32,000 nucleotides of DNA from Patescibacteria group bacterium (GTDB taxonomy: Bacteria; Patescibacteriota; UBA1384; XYA2-FULL-43-10). The DNA is taken from positions 123,941-155,940 of the forward strand of contig JBAYVT010000002.1 of the NCBI GenBank assembly GCA_041674405.1, given 5' to 3'. This document shows, in pieces, positions 18,501-27,700 of the stretch. The notes beneath the pieces are model-generated. The model made no database searches. It was not told where the DNA came from and saw only the letters and a list, made by a program, of their open reading frames with translations. A program made the position numbers and the translations under genes. Position 1 is the stretch's first letter, and the number at the start of each line of letters is the position of its first letter.

Positions 18501-21500
18501 GTTGCGGAAGAACCTGTATATTTTATCGTTGAAGTCGAGTAAGTAAATGTACCTGTGGCTACGAAAGGTGTACCTGATCCAGACAAAGTGATGGTTTTAT
18601 TTGATGCATTAAATGTGCCGGCATTTATTGTCAAAACATTGTTTGCGGTGATGTCGCCCGCCGCAGTGTAGGTTTGGCCAGCTTTATCGATGTAAAGATT
18701 GTAATAGGTCGCAGAAGTTACATTAACCGGACCTGTACCTGTGTATTTTACAGTTGAAGTAGAAGCGGTGAATGTTCCGGTTTTAACAAACGGCATGCTA
18801 GTTCCAGATAAAGTAATTGTCTTATTTGATGCATCAAAGGTTCCGGCATTGATGGTAAAAACACCAGTTCCGTTTGAACCAGTTGAGATATCACCGGCTG
18901 CTGTAAAAGTTGTTCCTGCGTGATCTAAATAAAGATTATTATAGGTAGTTGATGCAATATTAGTCGCAGAAGCGCCTGTGTATTTGACTGTGCCAGTCAT
19001 ACACTGAAATGTACCGTTGATCACAAACGGCGTACCAGAACCGGAAAGGGTGATGGTACCTGTCGGCGAATCATTAAATGTACCAGCATTAACGGTGAAA
19101 ACATTTGTTGATGTAATATCCCCTGCTGCGCTAAAGATGGTCCCTGCACGATCTAAATAAAGATTGTAATAGGTAGTCGCTGTAATATTCGTTGCCAACG
19201 AGCCAGTATATTTAACTGTGGATGTAGAAGGTGTAAAAACGACATTATTTACAAAAGGAGTACCTGATCCAGACAAGGTAATAGTTTTATTGGACGCATC
19301 GAAAATCGAGTCATTGGTCAAAACATTAGTGACATTTATATCGCCCATGGCTGTAGATACTGCTGTGGTTACTAAGTGGAGGTTGTAATAGGTGGTAGAG
19401 GCAATGTTTGTTGCCGCTGCGCCGTAATATTCTACGGTTGAAGTTGATGCCGTAAAAGTACCAGTAACAACAAATGGCGTTCCCGTTGACATGAATGTAA
19501 TAGTCTTATTAGAGGCATCAAAGGTGCCAGCATTGATGGTAAAAATATTTTCCACCTTGATATTTCCAGCCGCAGTAAATGTAGTACCTGCATGGTCCAG
19601 ATACAGATTATAATAACCAGGAACCATTCCCGAACCCATTGCAGTTACGTTTGTCGCCGAAGCACCGGTATATTTGATCGTTGAAGTTGAAGATTGAAAC
19701 GTTCCGTTATTAACAAATGGCGTGCCCGAACCAGATAATGTGATTGTTTTATTGGATGCATTAAATTCACCAGTGGTAATGCTTAAGACACCAGATACAT
19801 CAATATCGTTATTTGCTGTCCAAATCCCCGAGCCATCATTGAAGGTCAAATTATTAAAGGCCGATCCTCCCGTCATATTTCCGGAAAGAGTTTTATCAGC
19901 TCCACCCGTCTGAAAAGTAACGGTTCCGGAATTGTTGTCAAATGTTCCGCTTGAATGATTCCAATTTCCATTAACAATAAAATTATTAGATGATGCGGGC
20001 GCACTTAATGACCCGCCCGAAATTGTGACATTACCAGCACTAATATCATGTGCCCCAGCGGTTAAGGTACCGGATGAAACAAGGAGATTGTTTGTAACAT
20101 CAATATTGCTGGAAAGAGACCAGGCTGAAGATGGGATCGAATAATAAATCGTGCCTCTTACATAATTTATAATTGCATTTGAAACAGATGGAGTTATTTT
20201 CTTAATTGTCATCGCAACGCCAAAGCTTGAATCGTTAACATCATTTGGCGTCCAAGTTAATCCCCACAGATTTCCATCCCCACCAAACGGAACATAATCC
20301 TCTGTCCCCGACCATAATGCATCCGCAGATTGATTGGTGCCCCCAATGGTACCAGACTTAATGATTTCAATAATATCATCGGAAACAGGAGGCGAACTAC
20401 CCATCCTTTTTGCTTCCATTTTAATACCTGTAACCGTTGCATTGGTTGGAATATTAAAACCAAAATTTGTCGCTTTTAGATAATTAGAGCGTTTTCCTTG
20501 GGGAATACCAACAATTCTCGCATAATTTCCATCATCAGCAGTGATATCTTCGGGAGTTGACCAAGGACCATCTCCATAGCTTGCATCATTGGTTCCTGTT
20601 CCACATCCCAATGTGGAACTAGTACTTCCCCCGCCGTTCTCACCTGCGATTGTAAGATTATAAAATTTCTGCCCAGAACCCAATATGATTGAGAAGTCTC
20701 CGCTTGTCCCATTAAAATTTATTGTAGAATTTCCTTCATTGAAAGTAACATTTGAAGAATCCCAATCACCTGCAATATTAATTATGTGGCTTCCAGGGCT
20801 AAAGCTACCTGACGTCATAGTAAAACCATCCGCAATCGTAATATCTCCAGCTGCAATAAAGTCTGTATTCGCATGGTTGATGACTAAATTATTATACGTC
20901 ACGGAAGCCAAATTTGTATCTGATGATCCTTCGTAGGAAATTGTTGAAGTTGACGGAGTAAAGGTACCGGTCACAACAAACGGGGTTCCACTCCCTGATA
21001 AAGTAATGGTTTTATTGGAAGCATCAAATGTGCCTGCATTGATAGTAAGGACTCCAGAAACGGTAATGTTCCCTGCTGCAGCAAAGGTAGTACCAGTCTT
21101 GTCTGCCGCGTAGAGATTGTAATAAGAAAGAGCATTAACATTCGTAGCGCCTGATCCCTGGAATTTAATGGTGGAAGTGCCAATTGTGAAGGTGCCGGTG
21201 ATAGAAAGTGGTGTGCCGGAGGCGGTTAATGCTAGTGTTGTGCCGGTAAGGTTGACGATGGCTGATGTCGGAATTACAAGGTTAGAAATGGTGGATGTTG
21301 GAGCATCAGTAGCAGCCGGTTGCCAAGTGTTGGAAGCCAAAACATAAAGCTTCTGGTCGGTATCTGTTTGGGTGCCTGACTCGGGCAGTGTTAAGTCTTT
21401 GGTTGTGGCATTAACTTCAAAGAAGATATCTTCATCAGACGAGACAGAGTTATCGTATTTCTCCATATCAGCATTTGAAAGAGTTTGGTTATCAGCTGAA

Positions 21501-24500
21501 CCGATGGATAAATGTTTTTCATAAAGTGCTATGCCGGATACATTACCGGAGACATACTTTGTCACTGCATTTGCTTCATTGGCATCAGCAACACCATCGA
21601 CAAAGATGGTGATAGTGTCGCCAGCCGATGGGGCTGTTACTCCGGTGATAGACCAGGACCCGCTTGAAGTTGTACCGGTAGCCGCATCGAGGCTCCCATT
21701 GATTGCTACTTTGATCGTTTCGCTGTCAGCACAATTCGAGGATTCGTCATATTGTTTGCAGGTACCGGAGATGGAGATGCTGGCCGGCGGAAATGCCCAA
21801 TGATGGTTATTTCCACCGTCATATCCGCCAGTCGTGGCATTTACCAAGCTTCCTCCAGTTGCATCGGAATCGGTGACATTAACATAAGAAGCAGGTGGGC
21901 TATCCTGGACAACATTAAAATTCCAATGGTTGGTAGGTGTAGATGAAACCATAAATATTCTAGTACCTACTGCTCCGCCATTGATATCAAGGCCCATGAT
22001 TGAATAAGTTGATCCAGCATGGAATGTAAGTTTAGAGGAAGGGGTAGTATCAGTAAAGACCCCATTGATAGTTGCCGAATCTGCAAAATAAACACCATTT
22101 GCCGACGCATTAGTAATAGTAATGCTGTTAAAATCATGATTTCCATTTGTTCCACCAGCAGTGATGGTCTGTAAATCACTACCATCCAAGGTTAGTGTTC
22201 CGGTACCAGAAGTAAAGATGCCAGTGGCCGAATTCGTATAATCGCCTGCAAGATAAAATGCAGCCGTACTTGAAGCCGTGAGAGTATTACCAGCGTCAAT
22301 AATAACATCTCCATCAACGTTAACTATGGGATCGTTTGTTTCGAATGACAATACGGCAGTTAATGCGCCTCCTCCAACATGCAAATTATTTGAAACATTT
22401 AAAGTGCCTGCCTGAACATTATGGGTACCTGAAAAATTTTCACGCGCTATCTGAAGGTTATAATATGTAGTCGCGGTTACATTTACAGCGGCGCCGACTG
22501 GGTCCGGGCAATCATAAAATAATGTTGAATTGTTGGCAGTGAAAGTGCCGTTGATCACAAAAGGAGTGTTAGTTCCTAATAGTGTAATTGTTTTATTTGA
22601 AGCGTCGAATTCACCTGCATTAATTGTTAAAAGATTTGAAACAGTCATATCCCCAGCCGCGGTAAAAGTCGACCCAGTTCGATCAAGATAAAGATTGTAG
22701 AATGTCGTCGCCGTCACATTTGTCGCAGATGAACCCTTATACTGAACGGTAGATGTGCCCTCCTGAAAAGTAGCGTTTATATTCACAAAAGGCGTGCCTG
22801 AGCCATTCAAAACAATTGTTTTATCGGAGGCATTAAAGGTTCCTACATCTAGCGTCAAAACGCTGCCAACGGTAATATTTCCAGCTGCGGTAAAGGTGGT
22901 ACCAGTATGAACCAAATATAGATTATAATACGTCGCACTAGTTACATTGGTAGCGCTCGATCCGGCATACTTTATGGTTGAAGTAGCTTCTTGAAAAGTA
23001 CCATTTACAACAAAAGGTGTACCAGAACCATATAGATAAACTGTCTTATCCGATCCGTTATATATCGTCCCGGTCTGAATAGTGAAAACTCCGTAGACCG
23101 AGAACGAGCCGGAAGAAAGCGGAGTAAATGTCGTGCCCGAATGGTCGAGGATTAGATTGTGGAACCCGAGTAACGCAACGTCAGTTGCTGACGCACTCTG
23201 ATATGTGACGGTTGAAGTGTCGTAATTGAAGGTACTGCCCGTCTCCATTCTAAGAGGCCTCGACGAACTTTGTCCTGAGCCAGTAATTACTAAAGAATTA
23301 TTATCCAATGTCATCGTAGACGATGCTTCGGCATATGATTTCGGCACAGTTGATGTGGTTCCACCACCGGATGCAGGCCGCCATGTATTATTTGCCTTAA
23401 TTATAATCTTTTGGTCTGCATCAGTTTGGGTTCCGACTGCCGGCAGGGTTAGATTGTTTGATCCGTCAATTTCGAAAAAGATATCTTCATCGGAGGAGAC
23501 GGAATTATCGTATTTAGAGATATCGTTGTTCGATAATGTTTGATTATCGTCAGAACCTAGATACAAATGCTTTTCGTAAAGGCTAATTCCTGTAATATTG
23601 CCCGAACCATCGTATTTGGTAACAGCATTCGCTTCGTTACCGTCAGCCACTCCATCGATAAATACGGTAATTGTGTCCCCAGAAGCAGGTGCTGTAACAC
23701 CGCTTATGCTCCACGAACCTCCGGATGTGGTTCCGGTTTGGGCTTGAATAGTACCATTTACCGCAACTTTTACAGTCTCTGAATCAGCGGCATTTGTCGA
23801 TTCGTCATATTGCTTAGCAGTCCCTGAGATTAAAATTGTGGCAGGCCCACCTCCGCCTTCAGAAATAATAACCCCCGGCTCGACTTCTCCTGAAGCATCC
23901 CAGTCGTAAGGAGTCGGGTCACTAACTGGATCAGCATTAAACCAAGTATACCCAGGGTAAAAACTACCCAAAGTTGATGAAACAGCCCAAGATCCTCCCA
24001 TATTTCCACTAAACCAAAGATAAGAGTTATTTTCATTTTTATAGACAGGGTACGGCGACGAACCGATATCTCCAAAGTATTGATCGTTATATGCAAACGT
24101 ACCATTTGCATTCGTATTACCAGCATTTGTGCCTGTATATGTATGGCCCGGATCTCCTCCCGGCGTTACGCCGCTTGGCGCCGGAGCGGTTCCCAGATTG
24201 GCCGTCCAGCTATTGCTTCCGGGAAGCGCGCCCTCCATAAGATAATAGTGTACATCCATCATCGCATCATTAAGAACGTCGCTAAGCATATATGCTCCGC
24301 CCCCGTCCCAGTACAAGTACATATTATTAGCGTTTTTCCAATAGTCACTTCCATAGGCATCCGTTCCGCCGTAAGAGTATTCGCCGTTATAATTGGCATC
24401 TCCTGCTCCCGCAACAGTCCATGTGGTTGTATTAGCAGCTAGAGCTTTAGGAGGCTTTTCAAAATTGATTGATGGGTTGACCATAACAAACCCAAGAACC

Positions 24501-24688
24501 GAAATCGCCACAATATATAAGGTCAAGAACATCCAATGAAAGGGTGACGAAGATCCCGAAAGATGCCACTTGTAATACCAACCGAATTTCATGCGAAGAG
24601 CATTGTGCCATGGAGAAAATCGGGAGAATGTGGTTCTCGTGCTTTTTTGTACTTTCATTATTTCCCTGTCAAGCTCCACAGTTGTCAT
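12512..24688 (-). CDS. Giant modular repeat-rich surface protein (4058 aa)
   Basis: Single ORF. N-terminal TM (FHWMFLTLYIVAISVLGFVMV), about 12 GTFDASNKTITLSGSGTPFV repeats, three GTCKQYDES-type modules, a propeller, Fn3-like and Ig-like domains, C-terminal TMs and carboxypeptidase-regulatory-like domains. Confidence 0.93.
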   Translation of the reverse strand: MTTVELDREIMKVQKSTRTTFSRFSPWHNALRMKFGWYYKWHLSGSSSPFHWMFLTLYIVAISVLGFVMVNPSINFEKPPKALAANTTTWTVAGAGDANYNGEYSYGGTDAYGSDYWKNANNMYLYWDGGGAYMLSDVLNDAMMDVHYYLMEGALPGSNSWTANLGTAPAPSGVTPGGDPGHTYTGTNAGNTNANGTFAYNDQYFGDIGSSPYPVYKNENNSYLWFSGNMGGSWAVSSTLGSFYPGYTWFNADPVSDPTPYDWDASGEVEPGVIISEGGGGPATILISGTAKQYDESTNAADSETVKVAVNGTIQAQTGTTSGGSWSISGVTAPASGDTITVFIDGVADGNEANAVTKYDGSGNITGISLYEKHLYLGSDDNQTLSNNDISKYDNSVSSDEDIFFEIDGSNNLTLPAVGTQTDADQKIIIKANNTWRPASGGGTTSTVPKSYAEASSTMTLDNNSLVITGSGQSSSRPLRMETGSTFNYDTSTVTYQSASATDVALLGFHNLILDHSGTTFTPLSSGSFSVYGVFTIQTGTIYNGSDKTVYLYGSGTPFVVNGTFQEATSTIKYAGSSATNVTSATYYNLYLVHTGTTFTAAGNITVGSVLTLDVGTFNASDKTIVLNGSGTPFVNINATFQEGTSTVQYKGSSATNVTATTFYNLYLDRTGSTFTAAGDMTVSNLLTINAGEFDASNKTITLLGTNTPFVINGTFTANNSTLFYDCPDPVGAAVNVTATTYYNLQIARENFSGTHNVQAGTLNVSNNLHVGGGALTAVLSFETNDPIVNVDGDVIIDAGNTLTASSTAAFYLAGDYTNSATGIFTSGTGTLTLDGSDLQTITAGGTNGNHDFNSITITNASANGVYFADSATINGVFTDTTPSSKLTFHAGSTYSIMGLDINGGAVGTRIFMVSSTPTNHWNFNVVQDSPPASYVNVTDSDATGGSLVNATTGGYDGGNNHHWAFPPASISISGTCKQYDESSNCADSETIKVAINGSLDAATGTTSSGSWSITGVTAPSAGDTITIFVDGVADANEANAVTKYVSGNVSGIALYEKHLSIGSADNQTLSNADMEKYDNSVSSDEDIFFEVNATTKDLTLPESGTQTDTDQKLYVLASNTWQPAATDAPTSTISNLVIPTSAIVNLTGTTLALTASGTPLSITGTFTIGTSTIKFQGSGATNVNALSYYNLYAADKTGTTFAAAGNITVSGVLTINAGTFDASNKTITLSGSGTPFVVTGTFTPSTSTISYEGSSDTNLASVTYNNLVINHANTDFIAAGDITIADGFTMTSGSFSPGSHIINIAGDWDSSNVTFNEGNSTINFNGTSGDFSIILGSGQKFYNLTIAGENGGGSTSSTLGCGTGTNDASYGDGPWSTPEDITADDGNYARIVGIPQGKRSNYLKATNFGFNIPTNATVTGIKMEAKRMGSSPPVSDDIIEIIKSGTIGGTNQSADALWSGTEDYVPFGGDGNLWGLTWTPNDVNDSSFGVAMTIKKITPSVSNAIINYVRGTIYYSIPSSAWSLSSNIDVTNNLLVSSGTLTAGAHDISAGNVTISGGSLSAPASSNNFIVNGNWNHSSGTFDNNSGTVTFQTGGADKTLSGNMTGGSAFNNLTFNDGSGIWTANNDIDVSGVLSITTGEFNASNKTITLSGSGTPFVNNGTFQSSTSTIKYTGASATNVTAMGSGMVPGYYNLYLDHAGTTFTAAGNIKVENIFTINAGTFDASNKTITFMSTGTPFVVTGTFTASTSTVEYYGAAATNIASTTYYNLHLVTTAVSTAMGDINVTNVLTNDSIFDASNKTITLSGSGTPFVNNVVFTPSTSTVKYTGSLATNITATTYYNLYLDRAGTIFSAAGDITSTNVFTVNAGTFNDSPTGTITLSGSGTPFVINGTFQCMTGTVKYTGASATNIASTTYNNLYLDHAGTTFTAAGDISTGSNGTGVFTINAGTFDASNKTITLSGTSMPFVKTGTFTASTSTVKYTGTGPVNVTSATYYNLYIDKAGQTYTAAGDITANNVLTINAGTFNASNKTITLSGSGTPFVATGTFTYSTSTIKYTGSSATNITPVTYYNLTAEHANTNFTFTGATSVTRTFTNTTAPSTLTFNSGSNYNFNYAINIAGTSGNLITLAPSGGANWNLSASNNVAISYANVSKSSNTGSFCATYSVDGGGNTGWNISLTGSCSACSSYTFSGAGDSSYNGSYTYASVDARSNPYYTNTSNRVLAVDPWDSSWYLLSDTSKLLAPADQSAYVDWGSAGAPTVLPTTGTWTSFNGTLPAPTVTSGCSSFSISGTCKQYDESTACADGETVKVAINGTLDAATGTTASGSWTISGVTEPSAGDVITVFIDGATESHRANAVTKYTSGDITGVTLFEQHLVVGNGTAQTLSNTDLSQYDGSVSSDADILFDIGNATNDLAMPYNQATLTSQILYVIGTDTWRPNSSSAPTSTIPNLKIPATAVVNLDNTTLVLTESGDPLSISGTFTESTSTVKFQGTSATNINAITYCNLYAADHTGTTFTAAGNITINGVLTINAGTFAASSRTITLAAPGTPLVVTGTFQEGTSTLKYTGALATNITATTYYNLYLDHAGTTFTAAGDITTTNILTINAGTFDASNRTITLTGSGTPFVKTGTFTASTSTFIYRASSNTNITAANYYNLELLDPAVTPYVWVTNSGSNNITKLNSSTGAVIGTYAVGTGPYGVAVDGSGNVWVGNPYSGNVTKLNGSTGALIGTYAVGGGNPGVDNAGNVWVPYDSSHINKVNGSTGAVMGTYSTGTSPSGVAADRSGNVWICNHGSGNVTKLDSSTGALIGTYSVNGAPFSIAVDGDGNVWTASDGDIGITKLNGSTGAVIDIYSVPGANLAVDGSGNVWVVNSGTVYKVNGSTGAVIGTYSIGNGDHPGIDGDGNVWVTSIGGNTITKLNGSTGAVIGTYNVGSGPYHSFGDMTGFIWQSFVGNKTLTLSSGSFGVTNNLTIGDGTNQTDVDGITNNPSMNIGNFILNGNASFSAPSTMSVSGGWNHAGGIFTPGSGTVTLTGDSLIEGDTTFNNLTAATAGKTLSFSAGSTQTISGTWTVTGTSGSHVVLKRSGGSGGWNINPATATISYATISNSTNSGASFCATYSTDGGSNTDWNISPTGSCVTAPSAPTNAAIGTIQNDSFQVTWDDNSSDETGFKVYISTTPNSDCSQASYPDSPDYTTGAGETSQDVDGKDINTQYCAKVVAFNDAGNSTSAYSSPKYTLANMPTVSTVAGAYFVTGTISPSLNPSGTNYWIQYSINGTDFTDPAGMSWQTSTSYTLANLDPNTQYWIKAKARNGDNTDTTYSPSSAKVTPPAAPASLEANAVCRTSANLTWIAPEGADKYTLSYGTDSGASNKGTISDISTTATSLSGLARKTKYYAKVSATSNQNGAGNYSAIINFTTANCLGPTPSTDFRGTDIVTSQINWVWSNTDDDHTSWAVLDAAGNPLSGTLAASASSWLEQSLAPNTAYTRQVTVTNRKGTEKSNFATSYTLANTPDAPILSVVSESSVKIAINQNGNPANTRYAIYNDTAGKYVRHSDGAFSDSPDWQLYADWGGSDGFINTGLAASTNYAYRLKARNNSNVETDFSTASEVTTLGNPEKTASYIIISPTSAKIKVEDSVQFSAKAFASDDSEIPTAIIVWSVMNGGGEIDQTGLFTAGKEVGSFENTVQASFGDVKAAASVNVRKETIGEVIIGGIVGGVEDVAVSIDIVAGGIEKVYAAVGISKEAAPPVTAAAALGMAVVVAGLAPATNLITLFSLKEVIHIIVYSILSFGTVKKKRKKWGQVLEDGTGLPLSGAMVSLIKVGEDGTERVIETTTTDKSGVYGFAEPPGKYKIIAKKDKYQLAPKPDQYYDFDTGKIYEIDSYTKGFLVPTIIMSINGKSLSGIHAILGWLRKMERFFNYASIVVLTAGTILVLNNLIHDPNLLNYLILAGYILLWVINFSLVIRKSPWSMVVDRHKGEPIGLTLVRIMTGDNTRLVKTAVTDDKGKFSAILKRGRYTILATKEGYTLPKPVRFDTDEEISAVNKKIEMEKRNSKS
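15850..16685 (-). other. 7-bladed NHL/Vgb-like beta-propeller region in the 4058-aa protein
   Basis: Seven consecutive units of the form VWVTNSGSNNITKLNSSTGAVIGTYAVGTGPYGVAVDGSGN. Confidence 0.82.
16690..17330 (-). repeat. 75-aa (225-bp) surface repeats, propeller-proximal array
   Basis: Repeat landmark (reverse-strand SPAAVKVVP) at about 16896 and 17121, exactly 225 bp apart. Confidence 0.8.
18230..21290 (-). repeat. Long 75-aa repeat array interrupted by a different module
   Basis: Repeated YYNLYLDHAGTTFTAAGDITxxNVLTINAGTFDASNKTITLSGSGTPFVxxGTFTxSTSTVKYTGxxATN. Confidence 0.8.
20140..20690 (-). other. Inserted beta-sandwich-like module within the repeat array
   Basis: WSTPEDITADDGNYARI...YLKATNFGFNIPTNATVTGIKMEAKRM...IIKSGTIGGTNQSADALWSGTEDYVPFGGDGNLWGLTWTPNDVNDSSFGVAMTIK, unlike the surrounding repeats. 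Confidence 0.6.
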
Positions 24689-24703
24689 TCCGTTTTATAT
24701 TTA

Positions 24704-27700
24704 TTAGGTAATTGATTTTTTCTTTAGTTCCAACTTTTTACGAAGTGCAGCCATATTATCTTGATTGGCAAATTCCACCGGATGATCAAGCTCATATCCC
24801 TCCTTCGCTGCAAAAATGTTATATTTGCCTTTCCTTAACATAGCAGAGAATTTTCCCTTTTGGTCCGAAACAGTAGTTCTGACTAGTTTGTGGCTGTCTG
24901 AATTCATCACCCGAATCAAGGTTAGAGGGACCGGCTCTCCGGTATTCGATTCAGCCACAATACTCCATGGCGAATTTCTAATGATGAAAGATGCGTTGAT
25001 AATCCAAAGCAAAAAGTATCCAACAACAATAACGTAATTTAAAAGAGTGTGCTCGTGTATGACGTTATTGGCCGCTAATATTGACCCGAGTGCAAGTAAT
25101 ACGAATGAAAAATATACAAAATATCTTTCTAATTTCCTAAACGATGCGACTAATTTTGCGATATTACCGAGCTTCTTTCCGTTGACGTTCATAATAATTG
25201 TGGGAACAATCAAACCTTCTTCGTAGCTCAAAACATTAAATATCTTTTTGGGGTCAAAGTTATAAAATTGGTCTTCAATAGATGCAACCGTGTGTTTTTC
25301 TTTGCTCGCAATGACACGATATTTGCCAGGTCCAGCAGCAAAACCATATACCCCGTCTTTATCAGTAAATGACGATTCTATGACTTTCTCAGTATCAGCA
25401 TCGTCCACCTTAACCAGGCTTACCTGAGCCAGATATAAGGGCATTCCTGTTCCATTTTCAATTACTCTTCCCCATTTTTTCTTCTTTCGTTTTAAAGTTC
25501 CAGCCGAAAGAATCGAGTAAGACAAAACATGATATATTTCATTCAGAGAAAACAGCGATGATGCTGTGGCCATCGGAGTCATTGCAGCTGCCATTCCAGC
25601 AGCACCCAGCGCTGCAGCTGAGGTTATTGGGGTCGCTGCTTGTTTAGATATCCCGACCGCTTGGTATATTTTTTCAATTTGTCCTGCAGTGGTATTAATG
25701 ACACCAGAAATTAACGTCGCACTCTTAACAATTCCATCGACTAAATTATTAATGATTGTATCGTTTTTTATAATAACGGTGGCGAAAGATTGGCTCTCAC
25801 CCACAGAGGCTTCAATTGTATTATTATATGTTCCAGTATCTGGTCCCGCAGTGAAAAATCCATTTTTATCGATTGCTCCGCCTCCATTTACCACTGACCA
25901 AACAATATTGACGTTGGATATTTCTTTGTTATCTAAAGTGAATGCTCGGGCTTTGAACTGAAGGGTTTCATTTGGCCCGATTGTGGCGGTTACCGGATCA
26001 ATGGCGATTGAAGCAATATTTGAAACAGGGCTATCTCCACCTTTTGGACTATCTGGAAGTGTTAAATTCTCTCCGGGCGATGAGAAAGAAGTTTCTATGC
26101 TATCTCCATTTTTTGCCTTAACCAGATAATCATATTGCGTGCCGACCAAAAGATTGTAATTAATAATGCCCGAACTTCCCCCCCACACGTTTCGCGTTTG
26201 CCAAACGGCGCTATTGCCCAGGGATCCATCAGCTTGCACATACTTTCCGGAAGTTTGATTATAGATAGCGTATTGGGTCGAAGGCGGATTGTTATTTGAG
26301 TTGATGATGATCTTTAAAGAATTACTAGATAATGCATTGACCATCGGTGCATTTGGTTGATTAGCCAGCGTGTAGAAAGGAGCAGTATATGATCCAGGCG
26401 AGTCATTACCAGAATTGGTTGCCGTAATTCTGGCGCAATATTGAGTATTAACACTTTTTCCTGAGATAAATTGCGAGGTCGTATTTGCACCCAAAGCATA
26501 ATCCGGGTAATCCGGATATGAGGCAAACTCGCAATTATCACTTGTGGCAGTTGAAATAAAGATATTAAAGCCAGTTTCGCTTGAAGAGTTATCGATCCAA
26601 TTCAGAGTGAAGAAAGTTGTGTCCACCCCTACAACCGAAGCCCCTGTGGGGGCAGCAGGGGTCGCTTCGCAGATCGTAGATGAACCAATCTGCCAGCCAA
26701 TATTACCCCCCACATCAATAGAATAGTTTGCACAGAATTGGATTCCTGAATTAGTTGATTGAGAAATTGAAGCGTGAGAAACTACGGCTTTCGCCGGATT
26801 TATTATCCAATTTCCTGAACTGCCAGACCCTCGTAGATTAATATTGTGGCCACTAGACCCAGAAATACTCCATGTGCCGGTAATTGTTTGGGTTGAGCCG
26901 GCTGAAAAAGATATGGTCTTTCCACCCGTAACGGCCGTGAGATTGTTGAAAGTGGTATTTCCCTGAATCAGAGAATCGCCATTCAAAGTTACTGTCCCGT
27001 TGCCGGGAGTGAACGTGCCACCATTATTGTTCCAGCCGCCCGAAAGATTAATGTTTGAGGGAGCGTTAAAGTTCGCATTACTCTTTAATGTAAAATTTCC
27101 GCCTATGTTAATTGTTGGATTATTTGCCAATCCGTCAACAGTGGTTTGATTAGCGCCATCACCAATCTGAAAATCGTTAGCGATATTAAACGTACCATTT
27201 GATAAAGTTAAAACTTTTGGATCGGCAAAAACTTGTCGAGCAAATCCTGTGGAATCTCCCATTGAAATATAGGGGTTGCTAACCGGGTAGGTACCGAGAA
27301 TTGCCCCTGTTGTTCCACTTAACTCCTTAATATTATTTGTATTGACCACCCAAGCATTGCCATTTTGGTCGATTGAGATACCATTTGGCCAACCATCTCC
27401 GTTAGCAAAGGTGCCAACAATATATGTACCCAGGACAGCACCGGTTGAGCCATTTAGCTTGCTCACGCTGTTGTCATAATGATTAGTGACCCAAACATTC
27501 CCAGATTGGTCAATGGCTATTCCATAGGGGTTTCCATGAACGGAATATGTACCTATAGTGGCGTTCGTCGAACCGTTAATTTTAGTAACGCTGTAATTGT
27601 CCCAGTTTCCTACCCAAGCATTACCGCTGCTATCGACTGCAATGCCCATTGGCCTGCTGCCAACCGCATGGGTAAAGATGGTTGCACCGGTCGTGCCATT

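Noticed and set aside
20140-20690. Intein inside the giant protein
   Set aside because: No intein start Cys/Ser block, LAGLIDADG or C-terminal HN-Cys/Ser/Thr motifs. The segment reads as a structural domain.
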